This document shows positions 1 through 8,541 of a DNA stretch of 64,000 nt, piece after piece. Under the pieces are notes generated by a model that was not told the origin of the DNA, ran no database searches, and worked only from the letters and a program-made list of their open reading frames with translations. Both the position numbers and the translations under genes were made by a program. The DNA is from a virus (taxonomy: Duplodnaviria > Caudoviricetes). The stretch is from IMG/VR virus record IMGVR_UViG_2910441116_000002, positions 12,489 to 76,488 of that record; one strand, given 5' to 3'. How positions within the stretch are numbered: position 1 is the first letter of the stretch; each line of letters starts with the position of its first letter.

Positions 1-87
1 CTTCAAGATTGCTTTTATTAACTTTTCCGGGTCAGGTTTTCCGTGGCTCGTAACAGTACCCACACCTTTTATATGCTTTGAACTCAT
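1..87 (-). CDS. Start of small hypothetical protein (runs off window) in the second element
   Basis: GGAGGTG RBS then ATG at 87; MSSKHIKGVGTVTSHGKPDPEKLIKAILK... open to the window edge. Confidence 0.5.
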   Translation of the reverse strand, partial: MSSKHIKGVGTVTSHGKPDPEKLIKAILK

Positions 88-146
88 GTTGACCACCTCC
101 TTCTTTTGTTTCCACACGGAATAATGATCTACCTTCCACCATGCTT

Positions 147-1121
147 CTACACTCTTTTTTCTAAATGCTTCAATGGTGAAAACTTCATGTGATTGTAGTT
201 CACTTCTTCACTAAACAAGTTCACATATTTCTTTGTCATGCTCATGTCCGTATGTCCCAATAATCTTTGTAAGGTAAATGGGTCTGCTCCCCCAACTACA
301 CACAAACGAGCAAAAGTATGTCTAAAGGTGTGGCAGGAACAACGCACTCCTTTTAAATTTGCTTTTTTACCATAGTAGGTAATTCTAGATTGAAGTTGTC
401 TCTTTGTTAAGGGAGTTTCGTCAATGGTTATAAACAAAGAATCACATTCACATACCCCTCTTATTGAAAGCCAACGTTCTAACATTTTAGCCATTGTATT
501 TTGGAAAGGCAAGATTCTTTGATAGTAAGTTTTTGTATGCTTTACGTGGATTACGCCTTCTTTTAGCTTTATGTCATGTATTGAAAGGTTAGAGAGTTCA
601 TTGGCTCTCATACCTGTTTCAAGCAATAAAAGCATAATCGTGTAATCCCTAATTCCAATGAACGTATGCAGGTCAGGTTGCCGAAACAAATGATTTAATT
701 GTTCAGTTGTAAAGGTCTCCACAATTGTTTCCCTGTCCTTGAGAAGTTTTACAGATTTCATTGGATTGTTCTTTATGTAATTCTCACGGTGTAAATAATT
801 AAAGTAAGATCGTATGGCACGTAATCTTGTGTTTATTGTGACTGTCTTTATACCTTGTTTCTTCATATAAAGTATCACATTGTTTTTTATAATGTTAGTG
901 GTAATTTTTGAAGGAGAGGTATCAATCTCTTGTTCCCTCAAATGTTTGTAATAAACATTGAGTTCATTACGGTAATAATTAATGGTGTACGGTCTCAAGT
1001 TTCTAATGTTGCAATCATCTAAAAACAACTCAAGTGAATCCTGAAAGCTAATTTGAATAAGTGAAAAATCATTGTGGAGAGTGGCAAGTTCTTGTGGGGA
1101 CAATTGCAAGTTCCTTCTCAA
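147..1121 (-). CDS. int: Tyrosine integrase of a second, tandemly integrated element
   Basis: TGMRANEL, HTFRHTFA, LLGH, KYV catalytic motifs; starts about 130 bp downstream of tRNA-Leu; AT-rich. Confidence 0.92.
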   Translation of the reverse strand: MRRNLQLSPQELATLHNDFSLIQISFQDSLELFLDDCNIRNLRPYTINYYRNELNVYYKHLREQEIDTSPSKITTNIIKNNVILYMKKQGIKTVTINTRLRAIRSYFNYLHRENYIKNNPMKSVKLLKDRETIVETFTTEQLNHLFRQPDLHTFIGIRDYTIMLLLLETGMRANELSNLSIHDIKLKEGVIHVKHTKTYYQRILPFQNTMAKMLERWLSIRGVCECDSLFITIDETPLTKRQLQSRITYYGKKANLKGVRCSCHTFRHTFARLCVVGGADPFTLQRLLGHTDMSMTKKYVNLFSEEVNYNHMKFSPLKHLEKRV

Positions 1122-1195
1122 TGTTATTCCTCCTTAGAATTACATACGAGTTGGAACATACGATTATTTGAGGGAAAATCGTGTGAAGTAAACAC

Positions 1196-1227
1196 AAAAA
1201 AGACTCCCTCAACGCATTGAGGAAGCC
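1196..1227 (-). terminator. Intrinsic terminator after tRNA-Leu
   Basis: Minus strand GGCTTCCTCAA-TGCG-TTGAGGGAGTC followed by a T run. Confidence 0.75.
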
Positions 1228-1248
1228 CATTGTTTCAACACTTATTAG

Positions 1249-1330
1249 TACCGGTGGTCGGGTTCGAACCGACACTCCCGAAGGAACACGATTTTGAGTC
1301 GTGCGCGTCTGCCAATTCCGCCACACCGGC
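1249..1330 (-). tRNA. tRNA-Leu (anticodon CAA), CCA not encoded; probable attachment site
   Basis: GCCGGTG/CACCGGT acceptor stem, GGCGGAATTGGCAGACGC D arm, CACGA-CTCAAAA-TCGTG anticodon arm, long variable arm, GGTTCGAACC T arm. Confidence 0.95.
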
Positions 1331-1477
1331 TCTGTGCCGCGCTTGAACGCGGTTAGGGGTGCGTATTACCCCGATAGGGTTCGTACGACCCGTCTGTTTC
1401 TGCGATAATCGCACCGTTATGTCATACGATTTAGTCGTTGCGCGCCTGAATCGTGCGCACCTAAACGGACAATTAAT

Positions 1478-1507
1478 AATATAGCACGCGTGATAGATTT
1501 ACGTCAA
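1478..1507 (-). promoter_or_regulatory. SigA-type promoter reading into tRNA-Leu
   Basis: TTGACG-N18-TATATT with a TGn extended -10. Confidence 0.65.
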
Positions 1508-2302
1508 GCCTTCGAGCCAATCGTACGTAATTAATTTCGCCTCGCCTTTTTCCTCCGCGTCCGTCCAGGCGTTTCTCCGCGCAACTTCCGCCGCCGCTTT
1601 TTCGAAAGCAACGTACAGGTACCGTTCAATGTTCCGGATTAATCCGCGCTTTGCCTTGAACATGACCGCGTTGAACGCCTCGACGTATGGCGCGGAGTCG
1701 TTTTCGATTAGCGTTGATGGCGCGACCTTGCGTTTTGCTTTAAGGAGAAGGCCGTAATATTTATATAATACGTCGGAGTTCACGAAGGGTGACATCGCCT
1801 TATAGACCGCGGAAGGCAACGCCGACCGCAACGCATTGTTAGGAACGCGCGGAGTATCTTTGTTTATAGTATGTTTTAATAGCTTAATAGAATCCGATGG
1901 TTCGTTTTCGTTTCGTCCGTCTTCCGCTTTACTCTCCGTAAGCTTTTCGCCATCTGCCCGAGTGGACACGCTCGACTGGTCACTTGGAAGAATCACGATT
2001 ATATTAGCGCCTTTTCCTCCGTTAACTTTCCGTACAGTTGCGTGCTTTTTTACGATGCCTAACCGTTCGAGCTTCGTAAGTACGCGCCGAGCAGTCTTAA
2101 CGGACTTTCCGATGGCTTTCCCGATAGAGTCCGCTTTGAGGTGCGCGGCGCCTGCGTATTTAACGGCGTATCTTGCGATGAGTTTAAGCGTCGTGCGATC
2201 CGTTTCGTTGAGGTCGTATGTATGATTACGGATATGTTCGTAGATTGCCCGGTTGAGCTGCGCGGTATTTTCGAACGTGCTGAATTCGTTAAGATAGTGC
2301 AT
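1499..2302 (-). CDS. Winged-HTH protein (Rep-like) of the terminal module
   Basis: HTH segment SIGKAIGKSVKTARRVLTKLERLGIV; C-terminal YDWL. Confidence 0.7.
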   Translation of the reverse strand: MHYLNEFSTFENTAQLNRAIYEHIRNHTYDLNETDRTTLKLIARYAVKYAGAAHLKADSIGKAIGKSVKTARRVLTKLERLGIVKKHATVRKVNGGKGANIIVILPSDQSSVSTRADGEKLTESKAEDGRNENEPSDSIKLLKHTINKDTPRVPNNALRSALPSAVYKAMSPFVNSDVLYKYYGLLLKAKRKVAPSTLIENDSAPYVEAFNAVMFKAKRGLIRNIERYLYVAFEKAAAEVARRNAWTDAEEKGEAKLITYDWLEGLT

Positions 2303-2333
2303 AGTTTTCGCTCCCTTTTCGCAATTCTCGCTA

Positions 2334-2434
2334 TTACGTAAATTCGAAATTGCGTAATCTATACTACGAGTTTAAATTACGAAATTACGTAAGTCAATGA
2401 AAAACTTTACGCGATTACGAAATTTTAGTATAAT
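2334..2434. promoter_or_regulatory. Divergent SigA promoters overlapped by four TTACG-N6-CGTAA-like operators
   Basis: Plus TTTACG-N17-TATAAT (2406-2434); minus TTGACT-N17-TAAACT (2397-2369); operators at 2334, 2342, 2377 and 2407. Confidence 0.7.
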
Positions 2435-2468
2435 CTACGTAAGATAAGAATATAGGGAGGCGTTATAA

Positions 2469-2678
2469 ATGAGGCTATATTTAAAGGTGGATAAAGTTTT
2501 AAAAGCGAGGGGTATGACGCAAAAAGAATTGGCCGACCGAACAGGTGTCCGATCAGCCGCAATTAACGAAATGTGTTCGAACTATCGCACGGCCATTAAC
2601 CGTGATTACGTCGGAAAGATTGCGGAGGCTTTGCAAATTACGGATGTCTCGGAGTTATTGGAGTTCCGTGAAGATTAA
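2469..2678 (+). CDS. XRE-family HTH regulator
   Basis: MTQKELADRTGVRSAAINEM...IAEALQITDVSELL; GGGAGG RBS. Confidence 0.88.
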   Translation: MRLYLKVDKVLKARGMTQKELADRTGVRSAAINEMCSNYRTAINRDYVGKIAEALQITDVSELLEFRED

Positions 2679-3118
2679 ATCGCCTGCCCGACGCCGGCAA
2701 GTAAATCGATGAATAGAGGCGACATTTGTACGAGGACGTATCCGATGCCCGCCTTCATCAATAAACCGTAACCTTTGTCGTTCAGTCCGATCATGACTAA
2801 CAACGCGCCACCCGTCACCATGACGCCGGCAATCGGAAGCGACAACGCAATCATGACGTCAATGATCGGATCAAACGCGTTCGTTATCTGCGTACGGATT
2901 GCGTCACCGACCGCGTTCGCTTGGATTACGTCGGGGCTTCCCGAAACCTCCGCGAATGACCGAGAAGGCAACGCCAGCGCAACCGGTGTTAGTACGCCTA
3001 GTTTTGCGGCTTTTTTGACGCGGGAATTAACGTTTTTGTTCGCTTTCGGAGCCGTAACCCCTCCGCTCATGAAATCCTTGAAATCGACCGTTTTCGTGCG
3101 GTTAAATAGTGCGCCCAT
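2675..3118 (-). CDS. Two-TM membrane protein, VirB2/TrbC pilin-like
   Basis: Basic N-terminus, SFA cleavage-like site, two hydrophobic helices separated by NDKG, ending AGIGYVLVQMSP. Confidence 0.55.
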   Translation of the reverse strand: MGALFNRTKTVDFKDFMSGGVTAPKANKNVNSRVKKAAKLGVLTPVALALPSRSFAEVSGSPDVIQANAVGDAIRTQITNAFDPIIDVMIALSLPIAGVMVTGGALLVMIGLNDKGYGLLMKAGIGYVLVQMSPLFIDLLAGVGQAI

Positions 3119-3133
3119 AGTTCCGCGCCTCCT

Positions 3134-3718
3134 TCATAATATTTCGTTCAGCGTGTAAACCTGACCGGGAAGTCCGTTCATTAACCGGTTGAGTGTCGCT
3201 CGCCTACTTTCCAATTCCGTCACCCATATGAGAAAGAACGGCTCTTGTGAGTTCCGCAACATTTTCGCGTACTTCTCGATTTTCCGGCTGTTCGTCGCCA
3301 TCGGCTGAGATACGTCGACTTCTACGAATACCTTCGCGTCCTTATACTTGAACATGGCGTCAGCTACGATCGACTCCTTTCCGATAACCATTTTAACTTC
3401 GTTTTCCCAGGACTTCGGGCGTTTCCAGTAAATATAAAGCTGATTACGGATAAGGAAGTGCTGAACGTTCGGCGTTTTCTTGCGCGTAGTCGTGCACTGT
3501 ACACGTTCCCTTCCGGCTTTGTTGAGCGTATAAACCTTCTCCCACCCGTTTCGAAACGAGTTTAAATACGCTGACATATCGTTTAAAATTCGGTTGGCGT
3601 TTCGGTCACCTTTTAGCCGGTGCATCGTTTGAATTTGTGACCGCGTAAGATAATCATACCTTTTCAACGATAAGAGGATGTTTTCGATCCTCTGTTCTTT
3701 CGCTGCGCTTTTGTTCAA
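3134..3718 (-). CDS. Replication-relaxation family protein
   Basis: YLTRSQIQ wHTH, HFLIRN, ADA...FVEVD...KIEKY PD-(D/E)XK-like motifs. Confidence 0.8.
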   Translation of the reverse strand: MNKSAAKEQRIENILLSLKRYDYLTRSQIQTMHRLKGDRNANRILNDMSAYLNSFRNGWEKVYTLNKAGRERVQCTTTRKKTPNVQHFLIRNQLYIYWKRPKSWENEVKMVIGKESIVADAMFKYKDAKVFVEVDVSQPMATNSRKIEKYAKMLRNSQEPFFLIWVTELESRRATLNRLMNGLPGQVYTLNEIL

Positions 3719-4934
3719 ACCGGTCGCCTCCTTTTGCCTTTACGTTGATGTGCGGTTTAACTTGGCGCTCGACTTCCTTATTCGTAATATATGGAGTTTG
3801 GATAATTACATTTTTCACGCGTCGATAAATCGCCCGCCCTTCGATTTCCGGCAAATCTTCCGCGCCACCTTCGTCAAGCACCGCCCGGCTCGCCGCGTTC
3901 GTCTCGAGTACGAAACAAACGCGTCCTCCGATGTTTTGGCGTACCTGCGAGGGTAGCGTTTCATTCGTCGGGTACTGGGTTGCGTAGATTAAACGTACTC
4001 CCGCACCCCTGCCTTGTCGGGATAAATCCGTAATGATTTCCATAGCTTCGTCGTTGTCGGAGAGATCGGCCGCCTCGTCGATGATTACGAAATGGCGGTC
4101 GGGAATACCCGCCTCTATAACGTCCTCATGTCCGTTCTGAACGAGTTTGCGGAGTACGGAGGACATACGTCGCTGAATCGCTTTTAATTCGTCTAACGCC
4201 TCCTCAGGCCCCGTTGCGTATCCGGAAACTTGCGTCATGTTCCGGAACCGCTGAAACGCCGTTCCGCCTTTTAAGTCGATTAACGTAAAGCTGACGTCGG
4301 TCGGCTTTTGGCGTACGAGGGACGTAATCAGCAGCTTCAAAAATTGCGACTTGCCGAAGCCGGTCGCGCCAGCTACGATCATGTGCGGCCTCTTCTCAAA
4401 GTTGTGGTAAACGTCCGAACTCCTCGACTTGCCGACAATCACCCGCCAACCTTTCGTTAAATAAGCGTCACTCCACGGCAGGTTATCCGTCAAAGGTTCG
4501 TCGTAAACTTTAATACATAGCATACCGTCGAAGGTAACGTCGATCTCCTTCCGCTTGGTGCGTTGTTCCGTGATTATCTTGCGTATTTGTTCGAGAGCCG
4601 GCCGAAGCCCTTCTGCCCACTCGACGGTTAAGAAATCACGCGGATCAAATTCGAAATACTTACCACGTACGTTCAAGCCGTCCTCGATGACCGCTTTATT
4701 TTCGATGATTTTTCGTGAAGATACGCCGAGTGGAAGCTGAACGACGTACTCTACGCCACCTTCGATTTTTCGTTTGCGGTGAATACGGGCGTTTGCATCG
4801 CGTACATTCCATCCGGCGTTTGCGAAAATCCGCTGAATCTTTTCGCCTTCGTTCGTTGCTCCTCCGTTTGTTTTCAGATAAGAATAACCGGCTACTCCCG
4901 CCATTAAAACAGTCGTTCCGATTTCTACGAACAT
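3654..4934 (-). CDS. FtsK/SpoIIIE-family DNA translocase ATPase
   Basis: HMIVAGATGFGKS, LIDLKGG, IIDEAA, GRGAGVRLIYATQYP; N-terminal membrane anchor. Confidence 0.92.
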   Translation of the reverse strand: MFVEIGTTVLMAGVAGYSYLKTNGGATNEGEKIQRIFANAGWNVRDANARIHRKRKIEGGVEYVVQLPLGVSSRKIIENKAVIEDGLNVRGKYFEFDPRDFLTVEWAEGLRPALEQIRKIITEQRTKRKEIDVTFDGMLCIKVYDEPLTDNLPWSDAYLTKGWRVIVGKSRSSDVYHNFEKRPHMIVAGATGFGKSQFLKLLITSLVRQKPTDVSFTLIDLKGGTAFQRFRNMTQVSGYATGPEEALDELKAIQRRMSSVLRKLVQNGHEDVIEAGIPDRHFVIIDEAADLSDNDEAMEIITDLSRQGRGAGVRLIYATQYPTNETLPSQVRQNIGGRVCFVLETNAASRAVLDEGGAEDLPEIEGRAIYRRVKNVIIQTPYITNKEVERQVKPHINVKAKGGDRFEQKRSERTEDRKHPLIVEKV

Positions 4935-5141
4935 CGCGCCACCTCCTTAGGTATTTACAACGTAAATAGTTCACCGGGAAAAGAACGTTCCGAATTGGGC
5001 GTTATCCGCACAGTTAGGGGATTAGGAACATTCCGGCTAAAATTCTGCTGCGGCATTTACTTAAGAATATTCCGCAATTTCGTAATTTATGCGAAAAAAT
5101 TCGTATTCTCGGAAGGATGGGCGGAAGTAGTTAAAGAAGAC

Positions 5142-5174
5142 AAAAAAAATAAGCGACCCTCCGAAGAGAGCCGC
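5142..5174 (-). terminator. Terminator of the lipoprotein moron
   Basis: GCGGCTCTC-TTCG-GAGGGTCGC then TTATTTTTTT. Confidence 0.75.
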
Positions 5175-5181
5175 CGTAAAA

Positions 5182-5835
5182 TTATTCTCCTGATAAATCC
5201 AATTCGATTTCGTAATCTTTTCTTTTATCCATTTCCATATTATCTTCGGCGCCTTTACGTGCATCCCACGACATTTTAATCCATTCGATCTCCTTAGCCT
5301 TTCCGCGTTCAAGATACCAAATGATCGCGCCCTCTTTGATTACGCCTTTATCGATTTCTCCGCCGATGTTGTCGGACATAAACATGTCGGGCATATCGAT
5401 TTGCTCGCCTGTTGACGTAACTAGCGTAGCTTGATCGGGATATGTCGTAAATTTACCTTCCGTTGTGTTCTCGAGTTTAAACTTTACGCCTACTGCCGAT
5501 TCCTCTGCGGTTTCGTCCTCCATTGTCGGAGCCTTTTCCGTAACTACAACTTTTTGTATTTCCGATTTAAGTCCGTTAAAATCGTCGCTCCAAGTTACGT
5601 CATCATAGTACGTCCATAGATCGTTTTTCTCGCCCTCTTTTGCCGCCTCTGTTTCCGCAGCTTCCGTTTCGGACTCAGACTCGGAGGCAGTCGCTTCGTC
5701 GTCTACTTTAGCTTCCGCTTTGTTGTCGTCGTTCTCCTCTAATTCCTCTTTGGCCGCGTCTTCCCCGCAAGCACTTAACGAAACTGCTCCAACTAAAAGC
5801 GCCGTCAACATCCAGTTTTTCTTCTTCCTTAACAT
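5182..5835 (-). CDS. Acidic lipoprotein (DUF4352-like Ig fold; possible superinfection exclusion)
   Basis: Lipobox LSAC; acidic linker; VKFKLENT...GEIDKGVIKEG. Confidence 0.75.
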   Translation of the reverse strand: MLRKKKNWMLTALLVGAVSLSACGEDAAKEELEENDDNKAEAKVDDEATASESESETEAAETEAAKEGEKNDLWTYYDDVTWSDDFNGLKSEIQKVVVTEKAPTMEDETAEESAVGVKFKLENTTEGKFTTYPDQATLVTSTGEQIDMPDMFMSDNIGGEIDKGVIKEGAIIWYLERGKAKEIEWIKMSWDARKGAEDNMEMDKRKDYEIELDLSGE

Positions 5836-5867
5836 TTAATCTCTCCCTTTCTTCTTGCGTATATTGG

Positions 5868-6488
5868 TTATTCAGAATACACCGTAAAATATTCGTGCTC
5901 GAAGTAATCCCTCGCTGTACTCGTAAATTCCTCGTTAGAAACGCTGCCTAACCCGCCGATATCTTCATACGCTTCCTTCGATATCTCAGAACTTACCGCC
6001 ACATCTACGCGTTCTTCAATATCGAAAACACCGTTCCATTCGACCGTTGCATTTTCAACCGCATAATTTTCGTACGTTTCCGTGAAGATTTGCTTAGCTC
6101 CGCTCAATAATTCGTCTACGCGATCGGACGTTGAGTCGCTGCTTGACGTACCTTCCATGAGTTTATACGTAACTTTTCCGTTTTCAACCGTAATGTCCAT
6201 GATCGTTTCGCGGTTATTACGTCCCTCCGCCTGGACTTCATTAACGATAAACTCCGCCATTTCCGATTCGATTACGCTAGGATCGGAGGTTAGTTCGGCT
6301 TCCTTCTGCTCCGTCGACTCCTCCGTACTTCCGTCCGCTGAGCTTCCCGTACTCTCCGTCGTTGTAACCTCCGCTTTAGCTTCGTTATTTCCGTTCGCGC
6401 TATCCTCGCCTTCTCCGTCTGTAACCGTTGCAAGCGTAAGTCCTCCGGCAATTACGACCGCGCCAATTCCCGCTAACCATCGCTTCAT
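5868..6488 (-). CDS. Membrane-anchored or secreted acidic protein (moron)
   Basis: N-terminal hydrophobic segment, very acidic body; own promoter TTGTAA-N17-TATACT at 6557-6529. Confidence 0.7.
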   Translation of the reverse strand: MKRWLAGIGAVVIAGGLTLATVTDGEGEDSANGNNEAKAEVTTTESTGSSADGSTEESTEQKEAELTSDPSVIESEMAEFIVNEVQAEGRNNRETIMDITVENGKVTYKLMEGTSSSDSTSDRVDELLSGAKQIFTETYENYAVENATVEWNGVFDIEERVDVAVSSEISKEAYEDIGGLGSVSNEEFTSTARDYFEHEYFTVYSE

Positions 6489-6590
6489 GTTTTCGTCATC
6501 CTTTCGCTTTTTATAGTATGTACGATTAAGTATAGTCTAAGTTTCACGAAATTACAACTTAATTACAAAAAAAAGATTGGCGACCCGTTG

Positions 6591-6701
6591 TTAAGGATCG
6601 CCTTTAAGAACTAACAAAACCTGAATGAATGACGCTACGATAATGAGTGGGAGTAGAATCAAGAAAACATAAAGAAAAGAGATGAAATCCCCGCCTTCCA
6701 T
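6591..6701 (-). CDS. 36-aa single-TM peptide, not in ORF track
   Basis: MEGGDFISFLYVFLILLPLIIVASFIQVLLVLKGDP; promoter TTTACA-N17-TAATAT (6748-6720); terminator at 6567-6602. Confidence 0.5.
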   Translation of the reverse strand: MEGGDFISFLYVFLILLPLIIVASFIQVLLVLKGDP

Positions 6702-6780
6702 GTTTTTCTTGTTACAACCATATTACAATATTTCCTTTTTTATGTAAATACCGAGGATGAAATTCCCCGGTAAAATTTTC

Positions 6781-7863
6781 TTATTTATCCTTTAAAGCTT
6801 GTTTATAAGCGTTTAACGCAAACGTGACAGCTTCTGCTCTTGTGACGTGGTTATCAGGTCTGAATGTGCCGTCTGGATAACCTTCTGTAATGCCTAAGTC
6901 TTTAGCTTCTGTAATCTGCTTTTGGAGGTTACTCTCCTTTTCTACATCTCTGAATCCGGTATTCGCCATATTATAATCCCCCTCGTCTTTTTTGTCCGCA
7001 AGCTCCACGAATTTTTCATGCGCCGTAATGCAATGAACCTCGCCCGAAACGCCGCGTACCTTGTACATCTTCTTACCGTCTACCTCTAATAAGCCGAGCA
7101 CTTCCGCAAAGCCTTCGGTTGCTGCGCCGACTTTGAACGCGTCATCCCACGTAGCTTTCGAGTAGAAGTCAACGCCTTTTTTTCCGTTGTAAATCACGTT
7201 CAACCGTTTACCTTCGTATCTCTTCGCGCCTCTTAACCGCTTAACTTCCGCCGGTTTATCGCCTTTGTACTCCACGCCGAGGTACGAAAGGATCGCCTTC
7301 GCGTCTGCCTCCGCGCATTTCTGCCGGTATTCCTTCGAGTTTTTTCCGAAGATATTCTCGAAGTCGCGGGCGTTCGTCATAAATCCGTGCTCGATTAGAA
7401 TCGCCGTCATGGCCGTTTCCCGCAACATATGGAAGTTCGTCCAGCTTCCTTCCTGCGAGTAATGCCGACCGCTTCCGTGGAGTGCGATTCCTTTCGCTTT
7501 AAATTCGCGAACGACTGCATCCGCGAGTTTATTCGATCCGCTATAACCTTTCCACGCGAATACGCACGCGCCACTTGCCGATGGATCCCCCGCGTTAGCG
7601 TGAATAGATACGAGTAAATCAACGTTCTTCCTGTTCGCTAAATTCGTCCGGTGGTCGAGTCCAACATCGCGCTTATATGGCGGTTGAGTTACGAGGACTT
7701 TTACGTTATGCTCCTCGAGAATTTTCCGTACTTTCTCGCCGACGTCCGCGTTAAAGTGGTGCTCCTCGTAATTTTTTCCGGCACGCCGAACGCCTTTACT
7801 ATCGTGGTCATTGAACGTATTCTCTCCGTGTCCGTAATCTAATGCGACGTATGCTTTCGCCAT
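6781..7863 (-). CDS. Endolysin: Amidase_3 with C-terminal SLH domain
   Basis: LDYGHG, E, SIHANA, LIEHGFMTN; SLH motif GITEGYPDGTFRPDNHVTRAEA. Confidence 0.93.
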   Translation of the reverse strand: MAKAYVALDYGHGENTFNDHDSKGVRRAGKNYEEHHFNADVGEKVRKILEEHNVKVLVTQPPYKRDVGLDHRTNLANRKNVDLLVSIHANAGDPSASGACVFAWKGYSGSNKLADAVVREFKAKGIALHGSGRHYSQEGSWTNFHMLRETAMTAILIEHGFMTNARDFENIFGKNSKEYRQKCAEADAKAILSYLGVEYKGDKPAEVKRLRGAKRYEGKRLNVIYNGKKGVDFYSKATWDDAFKVGAATEGFAEVLGLLEVDGKKMYKVRGVSGEVHCITAHEKFVELADKKDEGDYNMANTGFRDVEKESNLQKQITEAKDLGITEGYPDGTFRPDNHVTRAEAVTFALNAYKQALKDK

Positions 7864-7864
7864 A

Positions 7865-8098
7865 TTATTCGCCTCCGTTCGGATTCTCCGCTTGCTTCCG
7901 TCGAGCCTCCGGTTTCAACCCTTCGCCGTTTGACGGATTAATTATGACGCCTGCCGCGATGAGTACGGCAAAAGCTGCGTCGACGTACGTTTGGTACTGT
8001 TCCGGCGCGACTAATCCTGCGTCGTTTAAAATTAAACCGATTAAACTCGCCAAAGCCGTCCATAGCCCGTAGTTCTTAAACCTTTTTGGAATACGCAT
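7865..8098 (-). CDS. Holin
   Basis: RFKNYGLWTALASL, two TMs, GVIINPS; directly upstream of the endolysin. Confidence 0.85.
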   Translation of the reverse strand: MRIPKRFKNYGLWTALASLIGLILNDAGLVAPEQYQTYVDAAFAVLIAAGVIINPSNGEGLKPEARRKQAENPNGGE

Positions 8099-8151
8099 AA
8101 TAAAATCGTCTCCTTTTCGTTATAATTTCGCAAAACCCGTCCAATTACCTA

Positions 8152-8248
8152 TTGAATCCCCGTGATATTCCGTATATGCTTATCACATGGGACGTCACTT
8201 CCGTTCTCCTGCCGTAGCCATACGTGGGAGGGACGGTCGTGACGTCCC
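8152..8248 (+). ncRNA. Candidate antisense hairpin sRNA with promoter inside the lysis cassette
   Basis: TTGAAT-N17-TATGCT, then a 60-nt hairpin closed by GGGACGTCAC/GTGACGTCCC. Confidence 0.4.
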
Positions 8249-8541
8249 TAATTAAATAAAATCATCATCGCCGATCCCGCTATTGCCGCAGCTACCGCAA
8301 AAATCCCTCCAATAAACGCAATCCACATCGCCTTCTTTTCGCTTCTGTCCGTATCCCACTTCTTGTCGTTGTTATCCAACCTACGCTCAACGTCGTCGAT
8401 TCGATGCGAGTTTCCGCGTCCGAGTTCGAGAGACTGTTTCGCCGTCTCTTTTAACTCGCCCTGATCGTCTAACTTCGTCTCTAAACGCGCAAGCCGGTCG
8501 AGTATTTCGAGCAAGTAGGCGTCACGCTCCTTATCATCCAT
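8248..8541 (-). CDS. XhlA-like coiled-coil plus TM lysis accessory protein
   Basis: RBS-supported start MDDKERD; RLARLETKLD coiled coil; C-terminal TM. Confidence 0.7.
   Translation of the reverse strand: MDDKERDAYLLEILDRLARLETKLDDQGELKETAKQSLELGRGNSHRIDDVERRLDNNDKKWDTDRSEKKAMWIAFIGGIFAVAAAIAGSAMMILFN

Noticed and set aside
1069-1326. 85-aa ORF MWRNWQTR...
   Set aside because: It is the translation shadow of tRNA-Leu
1390-1470. Second tRNA in the tRNA leader
   Set aside because: Multi-arm fold but no TTC T-loop, GG D-loop or 7-nt anticodon loop
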